A stretch of 64,000 nucleotides of DNA from Pseudomonadales bacterium (GCA_024234165.1 JACKOP010000005.1:234078-298077), one strand, 5' to 3'. Numbered from the stretch's first letter, positions 1 to 10,935 are shown. Numbers and translations are program-made. Notes: generated by a model not told the origin, from the sequence alone.

Positions 1-1
1 G

Positions 2-550
2 AACCTGTCGTTCGTGCAGTCACGGCCGGGCTGCCCGCTGCCATTTCCCGACGACCACTTCGATCTCGTCTGTTCGTGGTCGGTATTCGAGCACGTCACC
101 GACGTCTCCTCGGTACTTGTCGATCTGCTGCGTGTCACCAGACCCGGCGGCGCTCTGTACGTCCAGATCGAGCCGCTGTTCCACGGCCCGTACGGATCGC
201 ACCTGCGTCGACTCGTGGATCAGCCATGGGCACATCTGCTGATGGACGAAGAGACGTTCCTGGACATGGCGAGATCGGCGCACGACAACGTGGCGGCACC
301 GGAGCAGGACATCCTGTACCGCAACAACGAATTCGAACGGGTGAAGAACTACCTTCTCGGGGAATACCGGTCCCTGAACAGGATCACGGCAGAGGAGTTG
401 CTGCAGGCGATCGCCGATGCCGGCTTCTCGATCGAGTCCGGCATCATCATCAAGGTGGGCAATCTCACGCCGCCGCAGCGGCTCGTCGAGCAATACGGCA
501 GCGAGCTGTTGCTGACCAACGAGATCCTGGTCTGCGCCCGCAAGCGCTGA
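2..550 (+). CDS. class I SAM-dependent methyltransferase, C-terminal part (5' end outside the window)
   Basis: The ORF is open to the window edge. FPDDHFDLVCSWSVFEHV and PGGALYV motifs are typical of the Methyltransf_11/25 fold. Confidence 0.7.
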   Translation, partial: NLSFVQSRPGCPLPFPDDHFDLVCSWSVFEHVTDVSSVLVDLLRVTRPGGALYVQIEPLFHGPYGSHLRRLVDQPWAHLLMDEETFLDMARSAHDNVAAPEQDILYRNNEFERVKNYLLGEYRSLNRITAEELLQAIADAGFSIESGIIIKVGNLTPPQRLVEQYGSELLLTNEILVCARKR

Positions 551-568
551 GCGCAGACCGCTCGCGGC

Positions 569-1831
569 TCAGCCGTAGACAGGAAAGCGCCGGCAGATTG
601 CCAGCACCTTCGCGCGCACCTCGGTGATCACCCGATCGCTGCTGCCGTCTTCCAGCGAGGCCAGCACATCGCACATCCAGTGCGTGAGCTCCACCGTCTC
701 GGCGATGCCGAAACCGCGGGTGGTGATCGCGGGCGTACCCACACGCAGTCCGCTGGTCACCGCGGGCGGGCGCGGGTCGTTCGGCACGGCGTTCTTGTTC
801 ACCGTGATGTGCGCCTCGCCAAGCACTTCGTCGGCGTCCTTGCCGGTGTAGGACTTACCGATCAGGTTCACCAGCATCAGGTGGTTGTCGGTGCCACCGG
901 AGACTATGTCGATGCCGCGCTCGATGAACGTGCGCGCCATCGCGCGTGCGTTGTCCACCACCTGCTGCTGGTAGACGCGGAACCCGGGTTCCAGTGCTTC
1001 CTTGAAGCTGACCGCCTTGGCGGCGATCACGTGCATCAGCGGCCCCCCCTGGCCACCGGGGAATACCGCCGAGTTGAACTTCTTCGTCAGCTCGTCGTTG
1101 CGTCGCGCGAGGATCATCCCGCCACGCGGGCCGCGCAGTGTCTTGTGCGTGGTCGTGGTCACCGCGTCGGCGTACGGCACCGGATTCGGATAGAGGCCGA
1201 CTGCAACCAGCCCGGCTACGTGTGCCATGTCGACCAGCAGGTAGGCTCCCACCTTGTCGGCGATCGCGCGAAAGCGCGCCCAGTCCATCACGCGCGAGTA
1301 CGCGGAGAAGCCGGCCACGATCATCCGCGGGCGGTGCTCCAGCGCCAGCCGCTCGACTTCGGCGTAGTCCACCTCGCCGGTCGCGGCGTCGAGACCGTAT
1401 TGCACCGCGTGGTAGAGCTTGCCGGAGAAATTCGGCTTTGCGCCGTGCGTCAGGTGCCCACCGTGCGCGAGGCTCATCCCGAGGATGGTGTCGCCCGGCT
1501 GGCACAGCGCCAGGTACACGGCGTTGTTCGCCTGCGACCCCGAATGCGGTTGCACGTTGGCAAAATCGGCGCCGAAGAGCTGCTTCGCACGCTCGATCGC
1601 AAGTTCCTCGGCGCGGTCGACAAATTCACAGCCGCCGTAGTAACGCTTGTGCGGGTAGCCTTCGGCGTACTTGTTCGTCAGCACGGTGCCCTGCATCTGC
1701 ATCACGCGCGGGCTGCAGTAGTTCTCCGAGGCGATCAGCTCGATGTGCTCTTCCTGTCGCCGCTCCTCGTGACAGATCGCGTCCCACAGTTCGGAATCAT
1801 AGTCAGCGACACTGAGATGGCGGTCGAACAT
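569..1831 (-). CDS. glyA: serine hydroxymethyltransferase
   Basis: 420 aa. The N-terminus [17 protein letters not shown] and the [14 protein letters not shown]-lysine motif are present. Confidence 0.97.
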   Translation of the reverse strand: MFDRHLSVADYDSELWDAICHEERRQEEHIELIASENYCSPRVMQMQGTVLTNKYAEGYPHKRYYGGCEFVDRAEELAIERAKQLFGADFANVQPHSGSQANNAVYLALCQPGDTILGMSLAHGGHLTHGAKPNFSGKLYHAVQYGLDAATGEVDYAEVERLALEHRPRMIVAGFSAYSRVMDWARFRAIADKVGAYLLVDMAHVAGLVAVGLYPNPVPYADAVTTTTHKTLRGPRGGMILARRNDELTKKFNSAVFPGGQGGPLMHVIAAKAVSFKEALEPGFRVYQQQVVDNARAMARTFIERGIDIVSGGTDNHLMLVNLIGKSYTGKDADEVLGEAHITVNKNAVPNDPRPPAVTSGLRVGTPAITTRGFGIAETVELTHWMCDVLASLEDGSSDRVITEVRAKVLAICRRFPVYG

Positions 1832-1911
1832 GGCGTCTCCTCCGGGACAAGGCCCCTGCGATGGTCGGAAAAGCCGCGCATTCTACCCGATCTCACCAGG
1901 CCGGGCGGGGT

Positions 1912-2547
1912 TCAGAAGCCGAACAATTCCCCCAGCACCGATCCGATATCGACGTCGATCAGTCGATAACCTGTCGGCACCTCGAACAGGCCTGGCTGCT
2001 GTGCGCCCACCCGCAGATCCCGCAGCTCCAGCTCGATCAGCCGCGTGCGCCCGGCGCGGTCGGTGACCGGGAAACGCTCCTTCACGTGCACGCCGGCCGC
2101 GTTCTGCCAGAAGTGACCCTCGTGACGGGTTCCGTCGCGGGTCTGGAACAGCGCTCGATACTTCATTGCACTCTGCCCGCCGACGGCCTCCTCACCCAGC
2201 GGCTCGGCTTCGACGATGCGCACGTTTGCGGGTGTATCCATGCGCGAGACGTCGGCTTCGGCGTAAACCATCATCAGCGGCACCAACTGCCAGGCAACAT
2301 TGCGGTCGCTGCGCAGGATCAGCGTCAGCTCGACGCCAGCGACGTCGGTCACGATGCGCTCCTGCAGCCGCGTGTGGTTCACGTGGGTGACGAACTCGCG
2401 CCCGTCGATGCGCACGATCCGCGTCGCCGACCACGAAGCGCCATCGAGCAGTGCGTACGCAGGCGCGCCCAGCACTGCCCCCAGCCAGAACAACAAGACG
2501 TACAGCGGCGTCAAGGGCTGTCGCAAAAGCCCTTCGAACATCGACAT
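1912..2547 (-). CDS. hypothetical membrane-anchored protein
   Basis: Internal ATG (MSMFEGLL...) of the 391-aa ORF, followed by a hydrophobic segment LYVLLFWLGAVLGAPAYALL. The upstream part of the ORF runs through a repeat element and looks non-coding. Confidence 0.5.
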   Translation of the reverse strand: MSMFEGLLRQPLTPLYVLLFWLGAVLGAPAYALLDGASWSATRIVRIDGREFVTHVNHTRLQERIVTDVAGVELTLILRSDRNVAWQLVPLMMVYAEADVSRMDTPANVRIVEAEPLGEEAVGGQSAMKYRALFQTRDGTRHEGHFWQNAAGVHVKERFPVTDRAGRTRLIELELRDLRVGAQQPGLFEVPTGYRLIDVDIGSVLGELFGF

Positions 2548-2565
2548 GACCGGCGCGTGGCGAGG

Positions 2566-2668
2566 CCTTTGCACCGGTGGGACACCGCAAATGCATCCCT
2601 GCAGGCTCGAGTGCCGCATCCCTGCGGCACACGCCCCCCGATGCAAAGGCCTCGCCACACGCCTCGCC
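2566..2668. repeat. ~100-nt intergenic repeat element, copy 1 (second copy at 45742-45842)
   Basis: CACCGGTGGGACACCGCAAATGCATCCCTGCAGGCTCGAGTGCCGCATCCCTGCGGCACACGCCCCCCGATGC aligns with 45750-45825 in the same orientation. It is flanked by the inverted GAGGCCTTTGCA / TGCAAAGGCCTC. Confidence 0.55.
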
Positions 2669-2875
2669 ATCTGTTGCGACATGTTCTTCATCCCCGCCTC
2701 CGGAACCACACCAGCAGCGGGTCGAGTATACGGAGGCGCACCCGCGGCTTCGCGTGACTGTGCAATCGTGCCATGCGTGCGTGCCATGCGTGTTGCGTGC
2801 CATGCGTGTTTGCCAAGTGCCCGGCTCTGGGGTAACTTCGCCGCCCCATTGATATTCCCGGCGGACGGACACGAG

Positions 2876-4540
<1,665 letters not shown>

Positions 4541-4558
4541 GTCTCTGCTGCACCCCGC

Positions 4559-4775
4559 GTAGGTCGGGTTTCAACCCATGTAGGTCGGGTTTCAACCCGA
4601 CAGGTGCCCGATCGGAGGCATACATCGTCGGCATGAATGCCGACCTACGCCCAACGCATGAATGCCGACCTACGCCCAACGCATGAATGCCGACCTACAC
4701 CCAACGCATGAATGCCGACCTACACCCAACGCATGAATGCCGGCCTGCGCCCAACGCGCGAATGCCGGCCTACGG
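4559..4775. repeat. REP-like hairpin cluster plus a 25-bp tandem array
   Basis: Two copies of GTAGGTCGGGTTTCAACCC (4559 and 4580). They are followed by about 5.8 tandem copies of GCATGAATGCCGACCTACGCCCAAC starting at 4631. Confidence 0.85.
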
Positions 4776-5237
4776 GGCCGTACTCCACGGCATGATCGGC
4801 ACGGTGGAGATCGAATTCTGCGGCGAACCCTCGATCAGCCGATCCGAATAGCTGAGGTAGACCAGCGTATTGTTCGGCCGGTCGAAGAAACGCACCACCT
4901 GCAGCCGCTTGAACACCAGCGAGCGGCTCTCCCGGAACACATCCTCGCCGTCCTCCAGCTTGCCGCGGATCGTGATCGGACCGACCTGGCGGCATGCGAT
5001 CGCTGCATCCGACGTGTCCTCGGCAAGACCAACGGCACCCTTCACACCACCGGTCACGGCACGGCTGACGTGACACACAACACCATCGACCTTCGGATCA
5101 CGAAAGGATTCGATACAGATCTTGTCGTTGGGTCCGACCCACTTGAACACGGTCGACACGCACCCGACCTCGTCGGCATGCACCCCGCAGGCCAAAGCCG
5201 CAAGGACGAGCACCCCGACACTCCGACACGGCTTCAT
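4770..5237 (-). CDS. creA: CreA family periplasmic protein
   Basis: Starts MKPCRSVGVLVLAALACGVHA (signal peptide). Carries the CreA-like motifs VSTVFKWVGPNDKI, CHVSRAVTGGVKG, LAEDTSDAAIACRQVGPI and SISTVPIMPW. Confidence 0.85.
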   Translation of the reverse strand: MKPCRSVGVLVLAALACGVHADEVGCVSTVFKWVGPNDKICIESFRDPKVDGVVCHVSRAVTGGVKGAVGLAEDTSDAAIACRQVGPITIRGKLEDGEDVFRESRSLVFKRLQVVRFFDRPNNTLVYLSYSDRLIEGSPQNSISTVPIMPWSTAP

Positions 5238-5269
5238 CGAAACTCCGTTACGCATCGTGCCCACCCCAT

Positions 5270-5674
5270 TCAGTTTACTGGTTCTGCGCCACGGGCCTCG
5301 CGCAGCGCCGACTCGATCCGCAGCGGGTTGAAGCCCTGGATCCGTCGCGTACCGATCACGACCACCGGCACCCCGTGCGCACCGCTGGCATAGAACGCCT
5401 CGCGCGTCTCGACGGTCGCGTTCACATTGTGCTCGGTGTACTCGATGCCACGCGCCTGCAGGTATTTGCGCAGCATCTTGCAGTAGGTGCACGACGGCGT
5501 GGTGTAGATCTCGACGAGCGGCTGTGCCCCCTGCTCGACGGTGGCGGGCGCTTCGGTCGGCGCAGTGCTGGCATCCGCCGGCGATACCGGCATCAGCAGC
5601 ACAAGCAATGCCGAGAGGAGCAGACAGCCTGCCCCTGTACACACGAATCCTTGGCTTGAAAAAACAGGTTTCAT
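5270..5674 (-). CDS. secreted glutaredoxin-family protein
   Basis: Signal-like N-terminus, a CTYC redox motif, and GVPVVVIGTRRIQGFN typical of the glutaredoxin fold. Confidence 0.75.
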   Translation of the reverse strand: MKPVFSSQGFVCTGAGCLLLSALLVLLMPVSPADASTAPTEAPATVEQGAQPLVEIYTTPSCTYCKMLRKYLQARGIEYTEHNVNATVETREAFYASGAHGVPVVVIGTRRIQGFNPLRIESALREARGAEPVN

Positions 5675-5756
5675 GGATGGATCAGCTCATCCTCGGGTTC
5701 CCGCAGCACTACTGCCTGGCGCATAATGTGTATATATAAACGCTGGAGTACACACC

Positions 5757-5951
5757 ATGCGAACCAACATTGTAATTGACGACGAGCTCATGAAGGACAC
5801 CCTTCGGGTCACGGGGCTGAGGACCAAGCGGGAGGTAGTCGAGCTCGGTCTTCGTACCATCCTTCGTCTCGACCAGCAAGCGCAGGTGCGCAGGCTACGG
5901 GGCAAGCTTGCGTGGGAGGGCGACCTCGAGGCCATGAGAACAGACAAGTGA
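5757..5951 (+). CDS. vapB: type II antitoxin, VapB (DUF2191-like)
   Basis: 64 aa, MRTNIVIDDELMKDTLRVTGLRTKREVVELGLR. Its stop overlaps the PIN gene start. Confidence 0.8.
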   Translation: MRTNIVIDDELMKDTLRVTGLRTKREVVELGLRTILRLDQQAQVRRLRGKLAWEGDLEAMRTDK

Positions 5952-6349
5952 TTCTGGTTGACTCCAGCGTGTGGATCGACTTCTTTCGGGGAAAATCGAA
6001 TCCACAAGTCGAACGCCTGGACGCCTTGCTCGGGAATGAGCCTCTAGCCATTGGCGACCTCATACTAACCGAGGTCCTCCAGGGTTTCACATCTGATCGA
6101 GATTTTAACGAAGCACGAAAGATGCTGGATGCGTTCACACTCGTGAAATTGGGCGGAAAGGACATTGCCATTGAAGCAGCGCGAAATTTCCGTCTGCTCC
6201 GCGCTCAAGGCATAACGGTTCGGAAGACGATAGACACGATCATCGCGACGCGCTGCATCGTTAGCGGCTATTCGCTGCTGCACTCCGACCGCGATTTCGA
6301 TGCATTCGCAGAACACATCGGGCTCAGGGTAGTTTCCTTGAAAACCTGA
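5948..6349 (+). CDS. vapC: type II toxin, PIN-domain ribonuclease VapC
   Basis: GTG start overlapping the vapB stop (GTGA). VILVDSSVWIDFFRG ... LLHSDRDFD carries the PIN acidic residues. Confidence 0.85.
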   Translation: MILVDSSVWIDFFRGKSNPQVERLDALLGNEPLAIGDLILTEVLQGFTSDRDFNEARKMLDAFTLVKLGGKDIAIEAARNFRLLRAQGITVRKTIDTIIATRCIVSGYSLLHSDRDFDAFAEHIGLRVVSLKT

Positions 6350-6562
6350 CCCTGGTCAGACCCGACACGATTCATTCCCATGCTGATGGCGGCGTCTTCA
6401 AGGGGTGTCGGCGAATAAAGTTCTCCAGCTCCCACCACTGAAGGTGGAGATCACAAAGTATCTGTTGAGCGACTCCCGCCTCCCGCGTTTGCCGTTCGCC
6501 GAATCGCGACGATACTATGCAGCAGAGTCCTGTAGTCCCGCTGATCGAGGAGAACGCGCGCA

Positions 6563-6922
6563 ATGAGCGATTTCGTTTCGTATTCCCGGATCGAGAACGA
6601 ACTGGCACCAGGGCTGCGCAACAGCCTGAACCATGCCGAATCGGTGGGCGACGTGAAGAACTTCTTCAACTACACCGTGCGGGAGCTGCTCGAGCGAACG
6701 CTCGGCGACGATATCGGCCTCGAGTACGAGGACATCACGCTCGCCAGCGACGGCGAGACTTTCACGGTCAGTGAGCGCCTGCGCAGTCACAGCGCGTTCG
6801 CGAACGCAACACAGTCATCGGACCTGAACGCGATCCTCGGCCGTTTTGCGCTGGCTGCCCAACATCGGCTGCGCCATCTCGAAGGACATCCGGAACGCAC
6901 GAACGCGAAGATCCGCGGCTAG
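6563..6922 (+). CDS. hypothetical protein
   Basis: 119-aa ORF with a GAGGAG Shine-Dalgarno 10 nt upstream. I recognise no family. Confidence 0.5.
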   Translation: MSDFVSYSRIENELAPGLRNSLNHAESVGDVKNFFNYTVRELLERTLGDDIGLEYEDITLASDGETFTVSERLRSHSAFANATQSSDLNAILGRFALAAQHRLRHLEGHPERTNAKIRG

Positions 6923-6940
6923 CGCGCATGGCAGCGCGCC

Positions 6941-8302
6941 TCACAGCGCCGCCAGCGCCTCGGACAATCGCGTCACGCCGACGATCTCCATGCCGTCGAT
7001 CGGCTTGCGCGGCACGTTGGCCAGCGGGACGATCGCGCGCGTGAACCCGTGCTTGGCGGCTTCCGCCAGTCGTTCGCCGCCGCTGGGAACGGGGCGGATC
7101 TCGCCGGCGAGGCCGACTTCACCGAAGCTGACCAGGCCGGCGTCGATGCGCCGATCGCGGTAGCTGGAGACGATCGCGAGCAGCAGCGCAAGGTCAGCAG
7201 CAGTCTCGCCGACCTTGATGCCACCGACGACGTTCGCGAACACGTCCTGGTCACCGAGCTGCATGCCGCCGTGACGGTGCAGCACCGCGAGCAACAGTGC
7301 GAGCCGGTTCTGGTCCACACCGACCGCCACACGGCGCGGATTCGCACCGAGGCTGTCGTCGACCAGCGCCTGGATTTCGACCAGCAGCGGTCGTGTCCCC
7401 TCCCAGACCACCATCACGACGCTGCCCGGGGCGATGTCGGTGCCGCGCGAGAGAAAGATGGCCGAAGGGTTGCGCACTTCGCGCATGCCACGATCGGTCA
7501 TCGCGAACACGCCGAGCTCGTTCACCGCGCCAAAGCGGTTCTTGCCCGCACGCAGCGCCCGAAAGCGGCTGTCGCCTTCCTCCTCGAGCATGATCGAGCA
7601 GTCGATGATGTGCTCCAGCACCTTGGGTCCGGCGAGCGTGCCGTCCTTCGTGACGTGTCCGACGAGGAACAGCGCGCTGCCGGCAGACTTCGCAAACCGG
7701 GTGAAACGGGTCGCACTTTCGCGCACCTGCGATACGCCGCCGGGCGCCGACGGCACATCGTCACAGTGCACGACCTGTACCGAATCGACCACCATCACGC
7801 GCGGCGCGAACTGCGCCGTCACCTCGAGGATCGCCTCGACGCTGGTCTCGGCAAGCATGCGCAGGCGGTCGGTCGGCAACCCCAGTCGGTGCGCTCGCAG
7901 CGCAACCTGTTGCAGCGACTCTTCGCCCGTCACGTAGAGCGCATCCATCTGTTGCGACAACGCGCACATCACCTGCAGCAGCAGCGTACTCTTGCCGGCA
8001 CCAGGCTGGCCGCCGATCAGATTCACCGACCCGGGCACGATGCCGCCGCCCAGCACGCGGTCGAACTCGACGTAGCCGGTCGAGAAACGTGGGACCTCGG
8101 CGAGGTCGATCTGATCCAGCGTCTGCAGCGCCGTCACATCACCCGCATAACCGCCGCGGCGCGTTGCGGTGCCGCGCGGCGCACCGGGCTCGACGAACTG
8201 GGTCATGGTGTTCCAGGCGCCGCAATCCGGGCATTGTCCGGCCCACTTGGCCTGCTCCGAACCGCAATCCTGGCACACATAGACGACTCTGGACTTTGCC
8301 AC
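6941..8302 (-). CDS. radA: DNA repair protein RadA/Sms
   Basis: Zinc-finger N-terminus CQDCGSEQAKWAGQCPDCGAWNT, Walker A GGQPGAGKSTLLLQ, and a Lon-like C-terminus. Confidence 0.97.
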   Translation of the reverse strand: MAKSRVVYVCQDCGSEQAKWAGQCPDCGAWNTMTQFVEPGAPRGTATRRGGYAGDVTALQTLDQIDLAEVPRFSTGYVEFDRVLGGGIVPGSVNLIGGQPGAGKSTLLLQVMCALSQQMDALYVTGEESLQQVALRAHRLGLPTDRLRMLAETSVEAILEVTAQFAPRVMVVDSVQVVHCDDVPSAPGGVSQVRESATRFTRFAKSAGSALFLVGHVTKDGTLAGPKVLEHIIDCSIMLEEEGDSRFRALRAGKNRFGAVNELGVFAMTDRGMREVRNPSAIFLSRGTDIAPGSVVMVVWEGTRPLLVEIQALVDDSLGANPRRVAVGVDQNRLALLLAVLHRHGGMQLGDQDVFANVVGGIKVGETAADLALLLAIVSSYRDRRIDAGLVSFGEVGLAGEIRPVPSGGERLAEAAKHGFTRAIVPLANVPRKPIDGMEIVGVTRLSEALAAL

Positions 8303-8407
8303 ACCCGATCCTTACGCTTGGTGCCCATTCATTCTCCGGCGGTCGATTGTGGCAGGGCAAACGCCCCGGCACTACGCCCCCGGACCCGGCAGTTCCCAGA
8401 AGATCCC

Positions 8408-9508
8408 ATGGCAGCGAGTCTGATCCAGGAACGGGCTCTCGTCGTCTCACCGACGCTGGCAGCGACGATCGGCCTCGAAGAGGCGGTGATGCTGGCGCTG
8501 TTGCACGACGCAGCTCAGTTTGCGCCGCGGCGCGGGCCGTGGTGCGAAATCGACAAGGCAGAGCTGCTGCGCCTGCTGCCGTTCTGGGGCGAGCGCGATT
8601 GTCAGCGCATCAGTGCCAGTCTGCGCGACAAGGGCGTGCTTGCGATCGACTCACCACCGCTCGAGCAGAGCGCCTGCCTGCGATTCGCGCTCGATGCGCC
8701 TGCGCAAGCGACGACGCACCGTGCAGGCACCACGGCTCCCGCCAGGGCACCCGGCAAGGCACCGATCGCCACACGCTGGCGGCCCGACGAACAGTTGCTG
8801 CGTCAGCTCGCGCTGCACGGGATTCCTTCGGTGTTCATCGAGAGCGAGCTCGACGACTTCGTGGCCTACTGGTCCGAGCGCGGAGAACCCGCATTCGCGT
8901 GGAACGCAAAGTTCCGCTCGCAGGTGATACGACGCTGGCGGGAGCAGGAGTCGCGCGACGCCGCACGCGAAAGCGGTCCGCAACCGATCGGCCAGGACTG
9001 GGAACCCGGGCCCGATGCACTCGAGATCCTGCTTCGCGCCGGTGTGAGTCGCCATTTCATCGAGGATGCGGTACCGGAATTCGTTTTGTACTGGACCGAA
9101 CGCGGCGAGGCGGCACGCACCTGGAACTCGCGCTTCGTATCGCACGTGAAGCGCCAGTGGGCACGCTACAGCGCGACCATGGACCTCGACAGCGAGCCGC
9201 GGCGACTGCCGGCCGACTGGCAGCCGTCGGCCGATGTCTGGGACATCCTGCGCATGGCCAACATCGACAGCGCGTTCGCACGCACGCTGCTGCCCGAGTT
9301 CCAGATGTTCTGGACCGACGCCGGCGAAGCGCATCCTTCCTGGAACAGCAAGTTCCTGCAGCACGTGAAGTATCATTGGGCACGCAGCCACCGGGCAGCG
9401 AGCACCGCGGAGCACAGGCATGGAACACGGCAAGGATCTGGCGGAACGGGCACTACGCGATCTCGAAGCATCGTCGAAGACCTCACGGACCGCAGCTGGG
9501 CCGACTGA
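8408..9508 (+). CDS. DnaT-like ssDNA-binding domain protein with three tandem domain repeats
   Basis: Starts MAASLIQERALVV. Three ~60-aa repeats have the form W.P....L......FI....PEFV.YW.ERGE....WN.KF..HV...W. Confidence 0.7.
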   Translation: MAASLIQERALVVSPTLAATIGLEEAVMLALLHDAAQFAPRRGPWCEIDKAELLRLLPFWGERDCQRISASLRDKGVLAIDSPPLEQSACLRFALDAPAQATTHRAGTTAPARAPGKAPIATRWRPDEQLLRQLALHGIPSVFIESELDDFVAYWSERGEPAFAWNAKFRSQVIRRWREQESRDAARESGPQPIGQDWEPGPDALEILLRAGVSRHFIEDAVPEFVLYWTERGEAARTWNSRFVSHVKRQWARYSATMDLDSEPRRLPADWQPSADVWDILRMANIDSAFARTLLPEFQMFWTDAGEAHPSWNSKFLQHVKYHWARSHRAASTAEHRHGTRQGSGGTGTTRSRSIVEDLTDRSWAD

Positions 9509-10088
9509 GGCGCGCCGCGATCAGGCGCAGGTCGATGCAATCAATCAGGTCTTCGCGCTGTTTCGCCTGAACTACCACAATCAGTACTACAGCGCCTACG
9601 GCGACGCCACGCAACTCAACCAGATCAAGCGTCTGTGGCTGGACAGCCTGGCGCAGTTCAGCACGGAAACGATACTGCTCGGCGCGCGGCGCTGCATCGA
9701 GACCTCGGAATACCTGCCCACGCTGGCGCGCATGCGCGAATGCTGCAACGACGCGCGCATGGCAGCCCAGGGCCTGCCCGACGCACGCAGTGCGTACCAC
9801 GAGGCCTGCCTGGCCGGCGAACCGCGCCACGCGCAGCGCTGGAGTCATCCGGCCGTGTATCACGCGGGACGCGAAACCGGCTGGTTCCTGCTCGCATCCA
9901 CACCGGAGCGCAAGGCGTTTCCGCTGTTCGAGAGCAACTATCAGGCGATCTGCGAACGGCTCGCCAACGGCGAAGTGCTGGAATTGCCGGCCCCGGCGAC
10001 CGCCGCGACACGCGCGCCGGCACCGCCTTCGCCCGAAGCGCAGCACGACCATCTCGAGCAGCTGCGACGGCAGACCGGAATCGGCTGA
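9420..10088 (+). CDS. replication protein P-like (lambda P family helicase-loader-like)
   Basis: QVDAINQVFALF...IKRLWLDSL...YLPTLARMRECC parallels lambda P (INGVFSQLL...IRRQWVLAF...FLPSPGQFVAWC). The only canonical start gives an 89-nt overlap with the upstream gene. Confidence 0.6.
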   Translation: MEHGKDLAERALRDLEASSKTSRTAAGPTEARRDQAQVDAINQVFALFRLNYHNQYYSAYGDATQLNQIKRLWLDSLAQFSTETILLGARRCIETSEYLPTLARMRECCNDARMAAQGLPDARSAYHEACLAGEPRHAQRWSHPAVYHAGRETGWFLLASTPERKAFPLFESNYQAICERLANGEVLELPAPATAATRAPAPPSPEAQHDHLEQLRRQTGIG

Positions 10089-10149
10089 AGGCACGCGCAC
10101 ACCCCGGCGTCTCGAAGATCATTTTTTACCCGCACAGGAGGACTTCAAC

Positions 10150-10917
10150 ATGACCGGCAACGCCTTTTCGATTCGCGGCCGTACTGCACTCATCACCGGC
10201 GCCTCGCGCGGCATCGGACTCGCGATCGCCGAACTGTTCGCCGACGAGGGCGCAGAGGTCGTACTGGTCGCGCGCAAGCAGGAATCGCTGGACGAAGCGG
10301 CTGCGGCGATCCGCGCGCGCGGAGGCAAGGCGCATGCGATCGCCTCGCACATGGGCAAGAGCGAGGACATCCAGCACCTGGTCGCCGCACTCGACGAACG
10401 CGGACTCGCGATCGATATCCTGGTCAACAACGCCGGCATCAGCCCGCCGCACACCGAATCCTTCGCCGACACGCCGGAATCGCTGTGGGACAAGATCATG
10501 GACGTGAACCTGAAGGGTCCGTTCCTGCTGAGCGGTGCGATCGGCAAGCGCATGGTCGCACGCGGCAAGGGCAGCATCATCAACATCAGCACGACATCGG
10601 CGCTGATGTCGCAGCCCGAGATCGGCGCGTACTGCGTGTCGAAGGCCGGCCTGAATACCGTGACGCGCTGCTTCGCGCGCGAGTTCGGCCCGCACGGTGT
10701 GCGCGTGAACGCGATCTCTGCGGGCGTCATCAGAACCGTGATGGGCGATCACACGCTGAACGACCCAGGGCGCTACGCCGACATGATGAAGATCAACCCG
10801 CTGAAGCGTGCCGGCCTGCCCGAGGAAGTGGCGAACGCGGTGCTGTTCTTCGCCAGCGACGCGTCGAGCTACTCGACCGGGACGATCTTCCAGGTCGACG
10901 GCGGCGTGCTGAGCTGA
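10150..10917 (+). CDS. SDR family oxidoreductase
   Basis: TGASRGIGLAIA cofactor motif, NNAG, and the YCVSK catalytic motif. Confidence 0.9.
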   Translation: MTGNAFSIRGRTALITGASRGIGLAIAELFADEGAEVVLVARKQESLDEAAAAIRARGGKAHAIASHMGKSEDIQHLVAALDERGLAIDILVNNAGISPPHTESFADTPESLWDKIMDVNLKGPFLLSGAIGKRMVARGKGSIINISTTSALMSQPEIGAYCVSKAGLNTVTRCFAREFGPHGVRVNAISAGVIRTVMGDHTLNDPGRYADMMKINPLKRAGLPEEVANAVLFFASDASSYSTGTIFQVDGGVLS

Positions 10918-10935
10918 GCGCGGACACAGACGCCG

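Noticed and set aside
680-1969. The long antisense ORF opposite glyA. Similar shadow ORFs include 7049-8407, 10126-12297, 12658-14367, 14324-16408, 16450-19518, 19889-21670, 39350-41407, 43739-45625, 49409-51490, 56064-58672 and 60884-62455.
   Set aside because: These are typical high-GC shadow frames. They are Arg/Ala/Gly/Pro-rich, they overlap genes that have unmistakable family motifs on the other strand, and they show no motifs of their own.
4631-4775. Regular 25-bp repeats that at first glance could be a CRISPR array
   Set aside because: The units are directly adjacent with no spacers. They derive from a REP hairpin arm, and there are no cas genes nearby.
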